Source of the DNA: Camelus dromedarius
Lineage: Eukaryota
DNA: 64,000 bases
Assembly (NCBI RefSeq): GCF_036321535.1
Contig: NC_087436.1
Span: 65,908,001-65,972,000 of the forward strand
Direction: 5' to 3'
A program made the translations under genes and the position numbers. Positions 51,751 to 64,000 of the stretch are shown here, piece after piece; the first letter of the stretch is position 1, and each line of letters starts with the position of its first letter. The notes beneath the pieces were generated by a model. The model did no database searches, was not told where the DNA came from, and saw only the letters and a program-made list of their open reading frames with translations.

Positions 51751-52980
51751 TAATCTATTTTGAGCTAAATGGAACAGAAGCATTCAGAGTTGACAGAAAA
51801 AATTGATCATTTTTTCTTTTATTGAGATATTTTACAAGAAGAAAATGTTTCTTAGTTCTCTTTTCTGTACTAGTTCCCTATTCCAACAATCCATGGGATT
51901 TGACAGGAGCAGAGCAATATGAAAACTACACAAAGAATAATACATTAGAGAAGGAGAAAAAATATTGCATATTGAAGTTATGTGAGTAAATGCACCGTAT
52001 TTCTCTAGTACTTTCCTTCTTTTGTGTATTTATCTGTAATGTTCTATATACAGATTCTTATTGAAATCCTACCTTCCAAAATGTAGCCATATTCTCCATG
52101 TAATTCTCAGCTCCTTGCAGAAAAGAGGTCTGCAAACAATAAAGACTAAAATAAACAGAGTAGAAATAAATCAATTTTAGCTATATTTTCAAAAGCAGCA
52201 GGTACAATCTTTTATAAATTACTATGACCCCAGACAGTAAACCATGTAATAATAGAAACAGCTAGCAATTTTGGTCAGGGAATATCTTTTAAAATATACA
52301 GCTGTGTGAACTCAGTATTTTTATTTGATAGCTGATGAAAGTTCTATTTCTTCCACTTATGTCTTGTTTCTTCATTATTGATTGTTTCAGAAGTGTCATG
52401 CCAGTTAATGTTCTATTTTTTGAGGGGTTATTCTTTCATAAATGTATCTTTAAGAAACTTGGCATATACTGTAACAGCTATGTGTTACTCATTTCAACAA
52501 ACATGTTATTTTGAACTTTGGTGGTAGTATTAGTGAAAATATACTTTACGCTGCTTAATGCTATTAGATAAACATTAAAATGCTCTTTTCATAATTGATG
52601 AAATACAGACATGCCTGACATCTACAAAAGAACCATGGTTAATGTTTCTTTTTCCTACTTAAGTTGAAAACCAGGCTCAGCTGTGGTCCCATAATGCCAC
52701 TATTAAAAGGGAGAGATTTCTTAATATTTCTATTTCACTGACCCTATTTTTCAGGACACTCAATACTCTTGTCATTAAGGAAAAATGTCATATTCATTTA
52801 ATTATTAGGAGGGGTCATATTATATGGTAATTTCTGCCAATATCTTTAGTGTTTGATTTAATTCAGAGTCTTATGAAGCAGTCATGGCAACAGCCACATC
52901 AGCCTTCCTGGAAATAGATTAAATAGTTTACTTCTTTCTATCAGTTGGACAATTAGTACAGTCCATATGTTCACAGATAT

Positions 52981-53498
52981 TGTAATAGAAAAGAATAAAT
53001 CTGAGTCCTATTAGATCTGTTCCTTTGACTTTGTGCTTTGTTTCCCAGGCTAGGTCTTCCTGGTTCTGTAACTTTTGTAAAAGAATGTTGCCTATAGTCT
53101 GAAATATACAGGATAGCTTATTTTCAAGGCTCTAATCTTTAAAGATATTAACACTTTTCCATTCATATAAAGATAATATTGCAGAAAAAATAACAATTGT
53201 TTTGTTGGAGTTTTACAGGGACACCATGACCTGACCCATGTGGACAGCTGCAAGAACAAAGGATTTCAAGAACAAAGAATTCCTACACTGAGAAATTTGC
53301 AACAACCAACATACCCCTTTTTAGTATAAAAGGAGCCTGAATTCTGACTTGAGAAAGATGGTTCTTCAGGACATTAGTTTGCCATCTTCTCGGTCTGCCA
53401 GCTTTCCGAATAAAGTCTCTATTCCTTGCCCCAACACCTCATCTCCTGATTTATTGGTCTGTTGTGTGGTGAGCAGAACAAGTTTGGACTCGGTAACA
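52981..53498 (+). mobile_element. MER41-like ERV1 solo LTR, 518 bp
   Basis: TG..CA ends; TSD atat/gtat; TATAAAA at ~53325; gaataaag...attccttgccccaacacctc...gagcagaacaagtttggactcggtaaca. Confidence 0.9.
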
Positions 53499-54214
53499 GT
53501 ATCTTCCAATAGACATGATGCATTTTCTAACATGCTCCCACTGGAGAAAAAGTTATTTATGTTAGGGCTTTTTTTTGATACAAATACTTCATGAAGTTGT
53601 GATCAGCCCTGGCCATTTTGTTACACATTCATTTGTTAATACCCATTTGCAATTTCCTGTGAATAGATAACTGGGAACAGAGCACTGAGAAATTAATAGT
53701 AATTATACTTCAAATTTATGCAATATTTTACAATTTTCAAAGCACTTGAACAAATCTATGCCATTAGAAAATTACATCACATGTGTTAAGCCCATTTCTC
53801 AGATAATTAAGCTGCATTTGCCTAATCCAACATATTATTCCTAAGGATAAGCAGAGCCATAGATGTGATGCTACTCTCCTTTTCCAAGATGGGTAATGTT
53901 TCTGAGATACATACAACCTGCCAGAGATGCTGGAACAGAGGAAATGGTGAGATAATTTTTAATAGCTTCAATAAAGCAACTATGGTTAAAAGCAATATTT
54001 AAACAAGCTTTACAACAGTTAGTGAAAATGAGAGCACCAAGTGCATGAGATTAAATAAGATAAGTACTTTCTCACTAAAAGTTCTGTTGCTTACTGTCAG
54101 GCCTAAGTTTATGAACAGATCATCCTTTCCTTCATTCACACCCATAACTACCTGTATTTGCCTCATTACAGTTGTCCTTTTTAAAATCTTTATTTGAATA
54201 GGTATTTGATTAAA

Positions 54215-54345
54215 ATTTTACTAACCAAACAGATTTTAAGCTTGAGGGCAAAGATAATGACTGTTCCACTGACGATTTATTCCTAGCACATGGCATAATT
54301 TATGCATGTTAGATGAACATCAAAACTTATGTTGAATGAATTAAT
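54215..54345 (+). mobile_element. L2 3' terminus
   Basis: agattttaagcttgagggcaaaga...cctagcacatggc...atgttgaatgaatt. Confidence 0.65.
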
Positions 54346-54824
54346 CAATTGGTAACAAATAAATGTCATGAGACTGCCATTGTCATCTTAACTTTTTTAT
54401 TTCTACTAATACAAATATACTCTAATTTATAAGAATAATCAAAGAACCTGAAGTTTTCCTAGAATATACATATTTATGCCATCAGAGACCAGCATAACCA
54501 TGAGATTACCTAAGTGACTCTACAAATTCTAGAGCTAACAATAACTTTGATTTTAGGCCCAAATTCTATTTCAAACTTACTTAGCTGGAGATAACTTAAC
54601 TGGAGACTTTATCTCCTGCTTACCTATGTTTGCTTTCTGTAATCCTGTCCTCTCCTCAACTATTACTTCTAAGCATTTTGTACATTTTTAACTTTATTTA
54701 CTTAAAGGATTAATATTAAGTACCTGATAAAATGAGCTAGTTACTGTGCTACAAGTTGGATGTACAATTTTTTTTGGATTTTGTATTTCAGAGTGAACCC
54801 ATATCTGACAATCCGTGTTACTAT

Positions 54825-55316
54825 TATTATATTTATTGTTATTAATGCTGCTATAACTAATTATACAATTTTCATGGACTAAAACAACAAATTTATTGTC
54901 TTACATTTCTTTAGATCAAAAGTCCGACATGAATATCACTGGGCTAAAAATCAAGATTTCATTAGGGTTCCATTTCTTTCTGAAAGTTCTAGGAGATAAA
55001 TCATGTCCTTGTTTTTTCTAGCTTCTAAAACCTATCATAATTCTGTTAGTCCACCTTCAAAGACAGCAAAAGAAGGACAAATCTTTCTCATGTTACATCT
55101 CTCTGATCTACACTTCTGCCATTTCCTTTTCCTTTTAAGGACACATGAGATTAGACTGAGTTCATTCTAATAATCTAGGAAAATACCCCATTTTAATATC
55201 CTCAACTTTAATCACAACCGCATAGTATCGTTTGCCAGGTAGGGTAATATATTCACAGTTCCAGGGATTGGGAAGTGGCATCTTTGAGGGGGAATTATTC
55301 TGCACACAACCCACCA
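54825..55316 (-). mobile_element. MLT1D-like MaLR solo LTR
   Basis: gctgctataactaattatac...aaaacaacaaatttattgtcttacatttc...cactgggctaaaaatcaag...atattcacagttccagggattggg...ttattctgc. Confidence 0.85.
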
Positions 55317-55699
55317 TGATTAGAGTTATCATGGGTAATCTGCCAGGCATTAAATATCTGAGGGATTTTTTTTCCTTTCAAAGGCAATCACATCTGTATC
55401 ACATAACTTGATACCAGAATCAATTATTTTTCTTAAAAATTCCAACTACGTGTATCCTAATCCTGTATATTGAATTAGTTTCTGAAGGTTGTGCTCAAAG
55501 AATAGAAAATTTACCAGATTCATTAAGTCTAATAACTAAAAGTTCTTGAAATATGAGTTCTGAAATCAAATCTGTTATCTTCTATGTGTTCACCGGCACC
55601 CTTATTTAACTCTTTAGCATAGGAAAACTTCAGTCGTTCCTCACCTTCAGTAAGGCCTTGCCTTTAACTTTTGTTCTTCTCACTGTACCTTTTTTAAAC

Positions 55700-58400
55700 T
55701 CTTTGTGGATGATTTTATCTTTGTTGAGATATGTTACTTCTATATCTAATTTAAGAGTTTTATCATGAATGCATGTTGAATTTTGTCAGTTTATTTTTGT
55801 GTGTATTGAGATGATCACATTATTCTTTCCTTTTTTTCTATTAATATGATGTATCACACTGATATGCATATGAATTTATATGATATCAATCTCTGAAATA
55901 AATTCCACTGGGCCATAATGAATAATCCTTCTAATGTGCTGTTGAATTAGGCTTGGTACTATTTTATTGCGAACTTTTGTATTTATATGCATCAGGGATA
56001 CTGGCCAGTGATTTTCTTTTCTAGAAGTGTTTTTTTCTGGTTTTGGTATCAGGATAATGCTGACCTCATAAGAAGAGCTTGGAAGTATTCTTTCCCATTT
56101 AATTTTTTGGAAGATTTCAGAAGAATTGGTGTTAATTCTTTAAAAGTTTGGTAAAATTCACTAGGGAGCCATCTATCTGATCTTGGAATTTTCTTACTTG
56201 GGAGATTTTTGATTATTAGTTCAAAATCCTTACTTGTAATTGGTCTATACAAATTTTCTATTTCTTCCTGATTTGGTCTTGGTAAATGTTATGTTTCTAA
56301 GAATTTCTCCATTCTTTCTAGGTTTTCCTAGAATAGTTGTTCAGAGTAGTCTCTTATAATTCTTTGAATTTCTGTGATATAAATTATAATGTCTCTTTTT
56401 TTATTTATAATTTTGTTCATTTGGGTCCTCCTTTCTTCCTCAGTCTAGCTAAGGGTTTGTCAATTTTGCTTATATTTTCAAAGAACCACCTCTTAGTTTG
56501 GTTAATCATTTATATTAATTTTTTGTTCTCTATTTTAGTTATTTCTGCTCTAATCTTTATTATTCCCTTTCTTCTGCTAACTTTCGGATCCGTTTGCTCT
56601 TTTTTTTCTCCTAGCTCCTTATGGTACAGAGTTATACTGTTTGTTTGGTATCTATCTTGCCTTTCAATGCAGGTGTTTATTGCTATGACCTTCCCTCTTA
56701 GAACTGCATTTGCTATCTCCTGTAAGTTCTGGTATGTTATGTTTCCGTTTTCATTTGTTTCAAGAAACTTTTTAAAAATTTCCCCTTAATTTCTTTGTTC
56801 CATTGGTTATTCAGGGAAGTATTGCTTAATTTCCATGTTCTCATGAATTTTCCAGTTTCCCTCTTATTGTTGATTTCTAGTTCCATGCCATTGTAGTTAG
56901 AGAAGATATTTGATATGATTTCAATTTTCTTGAATTTGCTAAGACTTGTTTGTAGCCTAATATATGCACTATCCAAAAAAATGTTCCATGCGCACTTGTA
57001 AAGAATGTTTATTCTGTTGTTGTACAAAATGTTCTGTATATGTCCGTATTTGATCTAGAGTGTTATTCAGACCCTCTGCTCCCCTATTGATTCTCTGTCT
57101 GGATGATCTGTCCATTGTTCACAGGGGGGTATTAAGGTCCCCAACTGTTATTACATTACTGTTTATTTCTCCTTTAAGCTTTGTTAGTTTTTGCTTTATA
57201 AAGTTACATACTCCTATGTTGGTTACACAAATATTTATAAGTGTTATATCCTCTTGATGTATTGAAGTCTTTATCATTATATAATGACCTTATCTCCTTT
57301 TAAAATTTTTAGTTTGAAGTCTATTTTATCTTATATAAGTATAGCTAACATGCTTTGATTAGTCAATGTGTGTTTTTAAAACTGAAGTGTGTCTCTTACA
57401 GACACCATGCTGTCGGATCCTGTTTTTTTAGCTCATTCAGACATTCTGTCTTTCAACTGGAGAATTTAAACTTTTTATATTTCAAGTAATTACTGATAGG
57501 TAAGAACGTAATATTTTCATTTGATTAATCATTTTCTGGTTGTTTTGTAGATCTGTGGATCTTTATTTCTTCTCCTGCTATCCTCATTTTTGCATTTTGA
57601 TGTACTTTGGTATCAGTATGCTTTGACTTCTTTATTGTGTTCTTTCATGTAATTACTGCAGGGTTTTCCCTTGTGGTGATCATGAGACTTTTCATAAAAT
57701 ATTTTAAACTTGTAATGCCTATTTTTAAACAGATAACAACTTAATCTCAATAGAATCTGTAAACTTTATACTTTTACTTCTCCTCCCTCTCATATTTTAG
57801 GTTATTGCTAACCTAACACTTGTATATTTTTTATTGTGTAACTAGTAATAGATTATTGTAGTTAAGGCTATTTTTGCTACTTTTTTTTTACCTTTTAATA
57901 GAGTTGTAAATTAATTCTGCACCACAATTACCTTCCATATTACCATTGCAGAATCTAACTATGCCTATATTTACCATTACCAGCAAAATTTATGCTACCT
58001 TTTAATAATGTTTGATGTTAATTAGCATCCTTTTATTTCACTCAAAGAATTCTCTTTAGCATTTCCTATCAGATAGGTCTGGTGTTAATCTCCTTCATCT
58101 TTTGTTTGTTCAGGAAAGTCTTTGTCTGCTTGTTTATGTAGGATAGCTTTGACATTATAATTCTTAACTGAAAGTTATTTTCTTTCAATATTTTAAATGT
58201 GTCAACTCATTCTTACCTGCCCTGAAAAGTTGCTATTGCAAAGTCCACCAAATTTCTTATGGGGGTTACCTTGTATGTAACCTGTCTCTTTTCACTTGCA
58301 GGTCTTAAAATGCTTTGTCTTTGATTTTTAACAAATTAATTATAATGTGTCTCAATCTACGTTTTTTCAGGTTCAAGCTATCTGAGGTCCTTTAGGAAAT
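55700..58400 (-). mobile_element. Old L1: ORF1 3' end, spacer, ORF2 endonuclease to early RT
   Basis: ORFs 56049-56252 (RPITSKDFELIIKNLPSKK..EFYQTFKELTPILLK) and 56737-57027 (LSKFKKIEIISNIFSNYNGMELEIN..TWKLSNTSLNNQW) are L1 ORF2 pieces. Confidence 0.92.
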
Positions 58401-59769
58401 GAGATTATTTTATTTCTCTCTCATAGGGAAAATAGCTGCTTACTTTAATTATGCATTAATTAAATGAGTTTTAAAACTCATAATTCATATTGTAAAAAAA
58501 CCAAAAAGTAGTATAAGACTGATGGCATTTTGTTGAGAATCTTACCTAGTGCTTAACAGTTCTTAAAGTAATAGCCACTAAACAACATGACAGTCTCCAT
58601 GGAAGCCAAACAGCAATCTATGAATGTGGTAACATAGGTTAATGTACTGTATTTTAATAATGTAGGAGTTCCCCAAAGCACCAAAGCATTAGCTTTTTGA
58701 AATAGGTATGGTGTTAAATCAATGTAACAATTAAACAGGAAAATCAAATTTAATTTATTACTGTCAAATCTGAAATAATTCAAATCATTATTTTGAGCAA
58801 CTCTCACCTACCATTACAAAAAAATTTATTTCAAAAGGTAAGACTATACAAACTACCTATAGTCTGTGAGTTCAAGAAAACTCAAGAGGGAGTGACAAAC
58901 ACAAATCTGCCAAGGATGTTTCATACAAAAACTATATGCCATACTAGATCAGTAGAGAGATATGACTATTTTATGAATGAGGAAATTAGACTGTAGAGAA
59001 GTAAAATTAAATTTTTTAAATGTAGGAACTAAAAGATTCGGCTCTTAAGGTATTTCAAAGTCTCTTTTATACTGTGAATTAGATATAGTGATGTGGTAGC
59101 TACCTTTAGTGAATATTTCCTATCATGAATTTAATATATAATAACTGATCAAATGTTAATTTCATTATATTCATCAACAAGAAAAAGTACTTATTGGGAA
59201 AAAAGACCATAATCTAATCAAGGTTGGAGAATTGCTGTCTAATATTCATTCAGCCCCACAGAACAGTCATTTCACAATTAAATATGGTCTTTTCCAGTAC
59301 TTTCAGCCACATGATTCTTGACTTAAGCTCCATTATTCTCCTACTAAGGGAAATATATTTACTATTCCATCTTCATGTATAACAATTTTTTTTATTGCTC
59401 TTAATTCTGGTTACTTATCTAGACAGCTTGAGTTCTGTTGTTCTCTGTTTTACTGGTTTCTCAGTGCTCTTTCATATCTTATATTGTCTTAAATATTACT
59501 TCTGAACTCCTATATGCAGCAATTATTCATGTTTACTTTTGTAAGAGTACTGCTTATATTTCACAATATCATCTTAATAGGTATAATTCAATAACTCAGT
59601 TTGAAGCCCAGATCTGCTCCTTAAGAGGTAAGTCCTTAAGAGTTGGTTAACTTAAATATATAAAATATATTTGTATATATATTTGTATATTTGTATAAAA
59701 CATATAATAAACTTAAAACATACCATGTATTTTATATACATATAAACCTAAATTCTGGTTGATGATTTT

Positions 59770-59880
59770 TTTTTAATATTTAAAAATCATTATTTTCTTT
59801 TTCTTTTTTTTTAAATGCAGGTACTAGGGATTGAACCCAGGACCTCATGCAGGCCTACCACTGAGCTATTTCCCTCCCTC
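59770..59880 (-). mobile_element. tRNA-derived SINE, camelid Vic-1-like, internally deleted
   Basis: Minus strand gagggagggaaaTAGCTCAGTGGtagg...aggtcctgGGTTCAATCCctagtacc (A and B boxes), A-rich tail, degenerate TSD ctggttgatgatttt / ctggtagataattct (12/15). Confidence 0.85.
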
Positions 59881-60284
59881 CTGGTAGATAATTCTTATCT
59901 TAGAGTTTTACTGTGTATATATGTTTTAAATAAGATAATATGCATAAAATTACCAGGGAAATTTTAGACAGTTGTTTTAAAAGTTGCTTATAAATCAGTA
60001 AATGCAGGGTAGCAATAGAATATAAACAACTCAATTTTACTTAATATTCAGAATGTTAAAGCCCTATGACTGCGACAAACACATTCTTGATAAGTAGTTA
60101 ACAATGAAATTAGAAATGAAGAAAGCAAAAAAAAATAAAATATTTTGAAAAAAGTAAAGTCCACAGTGACTATAAAATTTATAATATATTCAAAAACAAT
60201 TGATAAATTTTCTTTATCATGTCATCTGTAAAATCTTAGAGAACTTTTTTATCAGTAAACATACAGAATTCTTCAGAGATATTT

Positions 60285-60683
60285 TCTCAAATCTTCTATT
60301 AGGAGAAATTTAATAAACAGAAAAGTTCAAAGAATTGCAGAGTAAACAACCATATCTTTACCACAGTAATTGTGCCATGTCTCCTTTATTGCATAGCAAT
60401 ATATCTATCAATAGTTTTATCTAACTCATAATATATCTTAAATATTAATGCATTTCAAAGTTGTAGATGTTAGTATCCTTTACTCCAAAACAGTTTAGGG
60501 TTATTATTAACTAAAGGTAAATTATTATTAACTAGCATTCAATACTGTTTTTGAGTTCAGTACATGTTTACAATTTTTTGAGGTAAAATGCACATGCTAT
60601 TCTTAAATGTATCATTCAATGAGTCTTCAAAATGCATACATCTGAGTAGCCCAGATCGCTATTAAGCTACAGAACTCCCATCA
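60285..60683 (-). mobile_element. L1MB/ME-type 3' end, target of the younger L1
   Basis: acagaaaagttcaaagaattgcagagtaaacaaccatat...ttttttgaggtaaaatgcaca...tcttaaatgtatcattcaatgagt. Confidence 0.7.
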
Positions 60684-62344
60684 GGGGGTTGGGCCAAGAT
60701 GGTGAAGTAGTAGGATGCCTAGCTAACCCTCTCCCATGAATACAGCAAGATCTACACCTACATACAGATCATATCACTAGACTACTACTGAACTTTGGCA
60801 GAGTATCTCTTATATTGGAAATACAAGGAAAACCTCACAAACCCAGTAGGGGGGAAGAAAGAAGAAAAAGGACATTGGTGTAGGACCTGTTCACCAAGGA
60901 GGGAGTGGCAAAGGAGAAAAAGCACTCAAACTCTAGGAAGCCCCTGCTCCAGCAGGGAGCAGGGACAGAAAAGAAGCTTCAAAGTCTTGAAGGAAAAAAA
61001 TAGCAGCTGTTTGGGAGACAGAACTGAGAGAAATAAGCACAGAAGGCCCCTGAGATCCCCAGCTCAAGACACAAGCAAGTGGGGGCAGGCTGAGCAGGAG
61101 TGCTGGATCTCTGGCTTCCGTGGATGAACTTGGGAGAGGACTGGGGTTGACTGCACAGAGGTGTTCTCAGGGGACTGGGCTGTGGTACAGGATAAGGCTG
61201 AAGGTGTGCAGAACAGAACAGTCTGGGACCCCTATAAAAAGAACAACTGCTGGTGCGCCTCAGCAGGGAGAGGCATAAGGCAGCCCAGCCATAGCAACCA
61301 TCTCTTCCAGCCCAGAGGGCATTGCTCAGCCCCATCGCTGGTGCACATTTTCATGAGAAGAGAGGTGGGGTTCAGACAGAGCCATCTTCTCAGCTTGCTC
61401 TGGAGGGGCACAATCTCTGGTACACACAATCTCCCCAACACAGGTGGGGCTGAAACCTGAATCCATACCCAGGGGTCCAGAGACCTTGCAGGCGGGACTG
61501 AGATTTGATTCTAGCCCCAGGCGGCTGTGGCAGATTTGCTCTGCTCATGCCTTTGTGGATCCACACCTCTGAGGCAAAGGAGTGCAGTTCAGGTGCACAA
61601 AGAGGGTGAATTTGTTGTATACAGCAGGCCTGCATACCATACATGGATGTGGGGCTGGGGGTCTGGGCTGACCCTGTGGCACATGGTGGATCCAAGTGTA
61701 TGACTGCATGCTCAATACAGTGGGTCCTAGTGACTGATGTCAGCAGATCTGCACTGGTGGCTCTGCAGGTGCAGAACCTGGGGGACACCAGAGCAGAATG
61801 CTGACATTTCTGTGGCTGAGGCAGGTGACAAGGGCAGCACCAACAAACTGTACTTTGTAAGCCCACATAACAAGTGACAGACAACACCACAGAGGCCACT
61901 TCCTAGCGGACATCTCCTCTGGAGGAATACTCAGGAGCTCCTATTCCACTGTCTTCTCTTCCAGCAGAAGCACTCCAATCTTGCCTACCACACATCACAG
62001 CCCAGAAACAGTTTGGAAGCCTCTACTCCAAAAACAGGGGAGCAGACCCAGCCCCTGTTAGTGCTGTGACAACCACAGAGCAAAGAAGAGGCCCCACTCA
62101 ACAACCAGTGCAGGCTCTGGTCACCACAACACTAACCAAACTCCCCATCAAGGCGATAACATCCAGCACACACAGAGGAAAGACATAGCAACCATTCATA
62201 TTAAAAACAGCCATCATGACAAAATTATTAAATGCATACAGCCTGCACAGGGATGCTCCCACTTAAAAAAAAAAAAACAGTACTTTGAGACTACAGTGAT
62301 AACTTTTACTTCTAAATTCATAGCATCAGAGAAATATTAGTAAA

Positions 62345-63233
62345 ACAAAGCAGAGGAACCACTCCTAATTAAAAGAACAAGACAAGTCCCCTGAAAGAAC
62401 AAACAATTAAATAGACCTCAACAGTCTACTAGATCATGACTTCAAAAAGGAGGCGATATTAGCACTGAAGGAAATAAGAGAGACTATCAATAGAAATGCA
62501 GAATACTATAAAAACGAAATAGAAACTATAAAGAGAAGCCAATTAAAATCAGGAAATTCAATGGCTGAATTAAAAGCCAACATAAAGGCAGTCAAAAGCA
62601 GACTAAATAACACAGATGAATGAATAAGTGATTTAGAAGAGAGGATAAGACAAATCACCCAGTAAGAAAAGCAGACAGAAAAACAAATGAACACCAAAGA
62701 AAGCAACATAAGGGATCTATGGGATAATATAAAACATGCCCATCTACACATAATAGGGATCCCAGAAGGAGGAGAAAGAGAAAAGGGGATAGTAAAAGTA
62801 TTTGAAGAAATCATGACTGAAAATTTCCCAAACCTAAAGAAGAAAACAGATACCCAAGTACAGGAACCACAGAGGGTCCCAAACAAAATGAACTCAAACA
62901 GACCTACACCAAGACATATTATAATTAAGATGGCCAAGTTTAAAGAAAAAATTCTAAAGGCAGAAAGAGAAAAACAAAGAATTAGTTACAAGGGAACCCC
63001 ATTAGGCTTTCAGCTGATTTCTCTACATAAATACTGCTGGCCAGAAAAGAGTGGCAAGATATATTTAAAGTCCTGAATGAAAAAAATCTACAATCTTCCG
63101 AGGTATACTCTACCCAGCAAGGCTATTTTTAGAATAGAAGGAGAGATAAACAGTTTCACAGACAAGCAAAAACTAAAAGAATTCAGCAACACTAAAGCTA
63201 TACTAAAAGAAATACTGAAAGGGCCTTCCCTAA
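62345..63233 (+). pseudogene. L1 ORF1p relic
   Basis: LWDNIKHAHLHIIGIPEGGEREKG..EEIMTENFPNL..QEPQRVPNKMNSNRPTPRHIIIKM and FTDKQKLKEFSNTK; multiple stops and frameshifts, no intact start codon. Confidence 0.9.
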
Positions 63234-63404
63234 ATAGAAAAGCAGGAAGCTATAGAAAAGAAAAAACTGTAATCGGATATGTGACAGCTACAATGAGCTA
63301 TAACAGAATAAACATGAAGACATAAAAGAGGACAACAAAATCATAAAATGTGGGAGAGGGGAGCAAGAAAATGTAGATTTTTTTTCATTCTTCTTAGGAT
63401 GTGT

Positions 63405-64000
63405 GAGAGGATAGAAAAAGATATTTCATGCACATAGAAATGACAAGAAAGTGAGAATAGCAATACTCAAACAAAATAGACTTTAAAACAAAGGCTACAG
63501 AGAAAGGTAAATAAGGATTATATAATAATGATCAAAGGAGCAATACAAGAAGGGGATATTACACTAATTAACATATGTGCACCCAATATAGGAACACCTA
63601 AATATATAAAACAAACACTAACACACATAAAGGGAGAAATTGATGGGACCACAATAATCCTGGCATACTTTAACACTCCACTAATATCATTGGACAGATC
63701 TTCCAGACAGAAAATCAATAAGGCAATACTAAATGACACAACAGGACAATTGGACTTAGTTGATATTTTTAGGAATAACATCCCCCTAAAACAGAATATA
63801 CATTTTTTTCAAGTGCACATGGAACCTTCTCTAAGATTGATCACATACTCAAACACAAAAGAAGCCTCAACAAATTTAAGCGGATAGAAATTATTTCAAG
63901 TAACTATTCTGACCATAATGGCATGAAGCTAGAAGTCAAACAGAGGGGGGAAAAATGAGAAGAAAAAGCCAGTATGGAGACTAAACAATATGCTACCAAT
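63405..64000 (+). pseudogene. L1 ORF2p endonuclease relic lacking its N-terminus
   Basis: MIKGAIQEGDITLINICAPNIGTPKYIKQTLT..YFNTPLISLDRSSRQKINK (GDFN motif mutated to AYFN). Confidence 0.9.

Larger units (their letters stand above)
60684..64000 (+). mobile_element. 5'-complete L1 (5'UTR ~1.65 kb, disrupted ORF1, ORF2 endonuclease), continues past the window
   Basis: Start gggggttgggccAAGATGGtgaagtagtaggatg (YY1-type site, CpG-decayed); ORF1 and ORF2 peptides downstream. Confidence 0.93.

Noticed and set aside
56337..56789. 150-aa hydrophobic ORF resembling a membrane protein
   Set aside because: T-rich antisense strand of A-rich L1 ORF2 produces F/L/I-rich pseudo-transmembrane ORFs
59581..59627. 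Plus-strand segment ending in GAG|GTAAGT
   Set aside because: Weak pyrimidine tract, 47 nt, no supporting neighbouring exon
59820..59880. Possible tRNA gene
   Set aside because: Has A and B boxes but no complete cloverleaf; A-rich tail and TSD show it is a SINE
60795..61899. Overlapping ORFs of 69-169 aa on both strands (ORF0-like idea)
   Set aside because: They lie in a GC-rich, decayed L1 5'UTR where stop codons are rarer; no recognisable protein motif
62506..62937. 143-aa minus-strand ORF
   Set aside because: Antisense of L1 ORF1
1..64000. CRISPR array, operon or prokaryotic defence system
   Set aside because: The sequence is mammalian and repeat-dominated; no regularly spaced repeats or gene-dense ORFs

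Overview
This is AT-rich mammalian genomic DNA, intergenic or deep intronic. A Vic-1-like tRNA-derived SINE at ~59.8 kb points to a camelid; that assignment comes from recalled consensus, not a database search. No intact host protein-coding gene, RNA gene, CRISPR array or prokaryotic system is supported. Recognisable ORFs in the track are fragments of L1 or ERVL proteins; the rest look like antisense shadows or chance ORFs. The window is a layered transposon record: ancient L2, MIR, MER5 and L1M fragments; MaLR (MLT1) and MLT2 LTRs; four ERVL relics, all on the minus strand (one with gag-pro-RT-RNase H and a Leu-type PBS, two with dUTPase remnants); four TSD-flanked ERV1-class solo LTRs; a young 5'-truncated L1; an old L1 with a twin-priming inversion; and the 5' half of an L1 that runs off the right edge. 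The most interesting non-repeat signal is at ~34.9-35.2 kb. It has a dense TGACA (MEIS/PBX-type) motif cluster overlapping a well-formed 75-nt minus-strand candidate exon. I found no convincing novel biological system. Subfamily names and many boundaries of old repeats are approximate.
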